From: Cenococcum geophilum
Taxonomy: Eukaryota
DNA length: 64,000 bases
Assembly (NCBI GenBank): GCA_050273025.1
Contig: CP158636.1
Location: forward strand, 8,122,001-8,186,000
Reading direction: 5' to 3'
Below are positions 62,582 to 64,000 of the stretch, piece by piece (the first letter of the stretch is position 1; every line of letters begins with the position of its first letter). A program made the translations under genes and the position numbers. Under the pieces are notes generated by a model, which searched no databases, was not told the origin of the DNA, and saw nothing but the letters and a program-made list of their open reading frames with translations.

Positions 62582-64000
62582 CAGTGTTCTCAATGGACTA
62601 GATCTACCTCTGGATTGGTCTGGATATCCAAAATTCAATATAGATCCGGTTATAGGGTTTGATTGGCTTAATCTAAACTGGATTTGGAGTCTTAATTGTA
62701 ACTGGATATCCAATAGATCCAGTTCTACATGTAGGTGGTAAGACTTTGGGTATAGGCGAACGCCGCCCGAGCGATCCAAGCCAATCGCTATATAATCTTA
62801 AGCCGTCTATAAAGGCTCGATCTGTCGTGTAGCGACTAATTTAATCCAATGCAGTTAATTAAGCTGAGGTCGTTGATCCTGACGCGTTGTTCTTCCTAAC
62901 GCGTCATCCTTATCGCGTCGCCCTTATTACTGCCCTCATCGCGTCACACTTATTACTGCCCTTATCACACCGCCTCTGCCGCTACCTATCTTACTGCCCT
63001 TATTATTTAACCTATCTAATCCTCCTAATCCTTCTAATTATATAGAGAGCTTTATTACTATTACCGGCCGGACAACGCGCGGAGGTGGGAGTAGCCATAC
63101 ATCAAGTAGCCGTGCTGTAGGCAAGGCTCCTGCTGTTCCTTAAAAGCGAGTTAGTAAGGCCTCTAGCAGTAGAAGAAAGAAGCGCCTAAAGATAACTACA
63201 GATACAATTAAGCCAGAGTCTCTTACTTATTATAAACTTAACTCTAACTCCAAGCTAGAGCTTCTACCGCCCCCAACAATTAAGCTAGGTCGAATTAAGC
63301 TTTATAATAAGTGGTATCGCAAAGCTAGCGATATCGCTGGCTAAAGGCGCGGTAAGAAGAGGTTCTCGCACATATAGGGTAATAAAAAAGGATTCGCGAT
63401 TATATATAAGACGTTAGGAGTTAAATACTACTACTACTACCGGTGCTTAGATAAGAAAAAGGATCCTATATATAGGCCGCTTAGTAAGAGGCTCTGCTAT
63501 CTATACTGCCTATTTACTAATTAGTAATTAGAACTTAATAGTAACTCTTCCGTTCTTAACTACTAGAAAAGAACTTACTAAATTAACTAGAGCGGCAGTA
63601 AGATAAAGCCAAAAGGGGCAATTAAGTAGTATATTAAGCAGCAGGATTATATCTAGGGTATTTAGTTTAAGCGCTTTAAGATCCTATTAATCCGCTAGTT
63701 AGTATACTGCCATATTATATTCTACCAGATTAAAAACGTCTACTTTCTAGAAATAATTTAGTATCTACATAAAAGCCTTATTAAGTATATTCCTTCTTAT
63801 AATACAATCCGCAGCTAGGTAATAAATAAGTTTTAGAAGTAGAAGCTTTAACTATAAAATAACTTACGAGAAGCTCAATCAAATATCCACCTATCTTTTA
63901 ACCTTTAGATATCGCCAAACTACTACGCAATAATTGCAATTATCGCCTATTATATTAATAAGAACGGAGCTCAATAGACAAAGCTTTTTACTTTACGGCG
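62582..64000 (+). mobile_element. hAT DNA transposon, left end (runs off the window)
   Basis: Abrupt break in D gag at CAGTGTTCTCAATGG. Subterminal TGGATATCCA/TGGAT repeats. Transposase relic downstream. Confidence 0.85.
63042..64000 (+). pseudogene. hAT transposase relic (BED-type finger and first catalytic Asp region)
   Basis: De-RIPed SHIW..KGF..YYYCCRC (~63366-63446), LLIRWLVYCHI.FYQIEN.YF, LPSHNTIRSW, IHLSFDLWTSPN (63885-63920). Confidence 0.88.

Noticed and set aside
62552..62779. 75-aa ORF
   Set aside because: Spans the hAT terminus and subterminal repeats; no motif.
1..64000. Organelle or AT-rich bacterial DNA, or an alternative genetic code; also a species or named-family assignment
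   Set aside because: Stops fall at RIP-type sites and differ between copies of fungal TEs. The sequence alone does not identify the species or named families.

Overview
The whole 64 kb is a gene-free, AT-rich nest of transposable elements from a filamentous ascomycete, heavily degraded by RIP (TpA excess; TGG/CAA/TGT codons turned into TAG/TAA/TAT). I found no host gene, rRNA, tRNA or CRISPR array. Most boundaries can be read from terminal repeats and target-site duplications (TSDs). A minus-strand Gypsy (A; window start to 57437) sits in the RNase H end of a Copia (E). A carries three full-length Copia copies (C1-C3, GalEa-like), a small non-coding LTR element (holding a TIR element and a solo LTR), a second Gypsy (F), and an inverted copy of its own family (B) inside its 5' LTR. 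B carries two Tad1-like LINEs, a foldback MITE and a 1-kb non-coding retroposon. A further Copia (D), interrupted by a hAT transposon, ends the window. The most notable observation is the 1-kb retroposon (46106-47119, minus): it begins exactly at a predicted HDV-like self-cleaving ribozyme and ends in a LINE-derived 3' tail. Also notable are an antisense Zn2Cys6-like ORF relic in Gypsy B and a hairpin shared by Copia and Gypsy 3' UTRs. All protein and RNA-structure calls are by-eye readings with RIP reversed; no searches were run.
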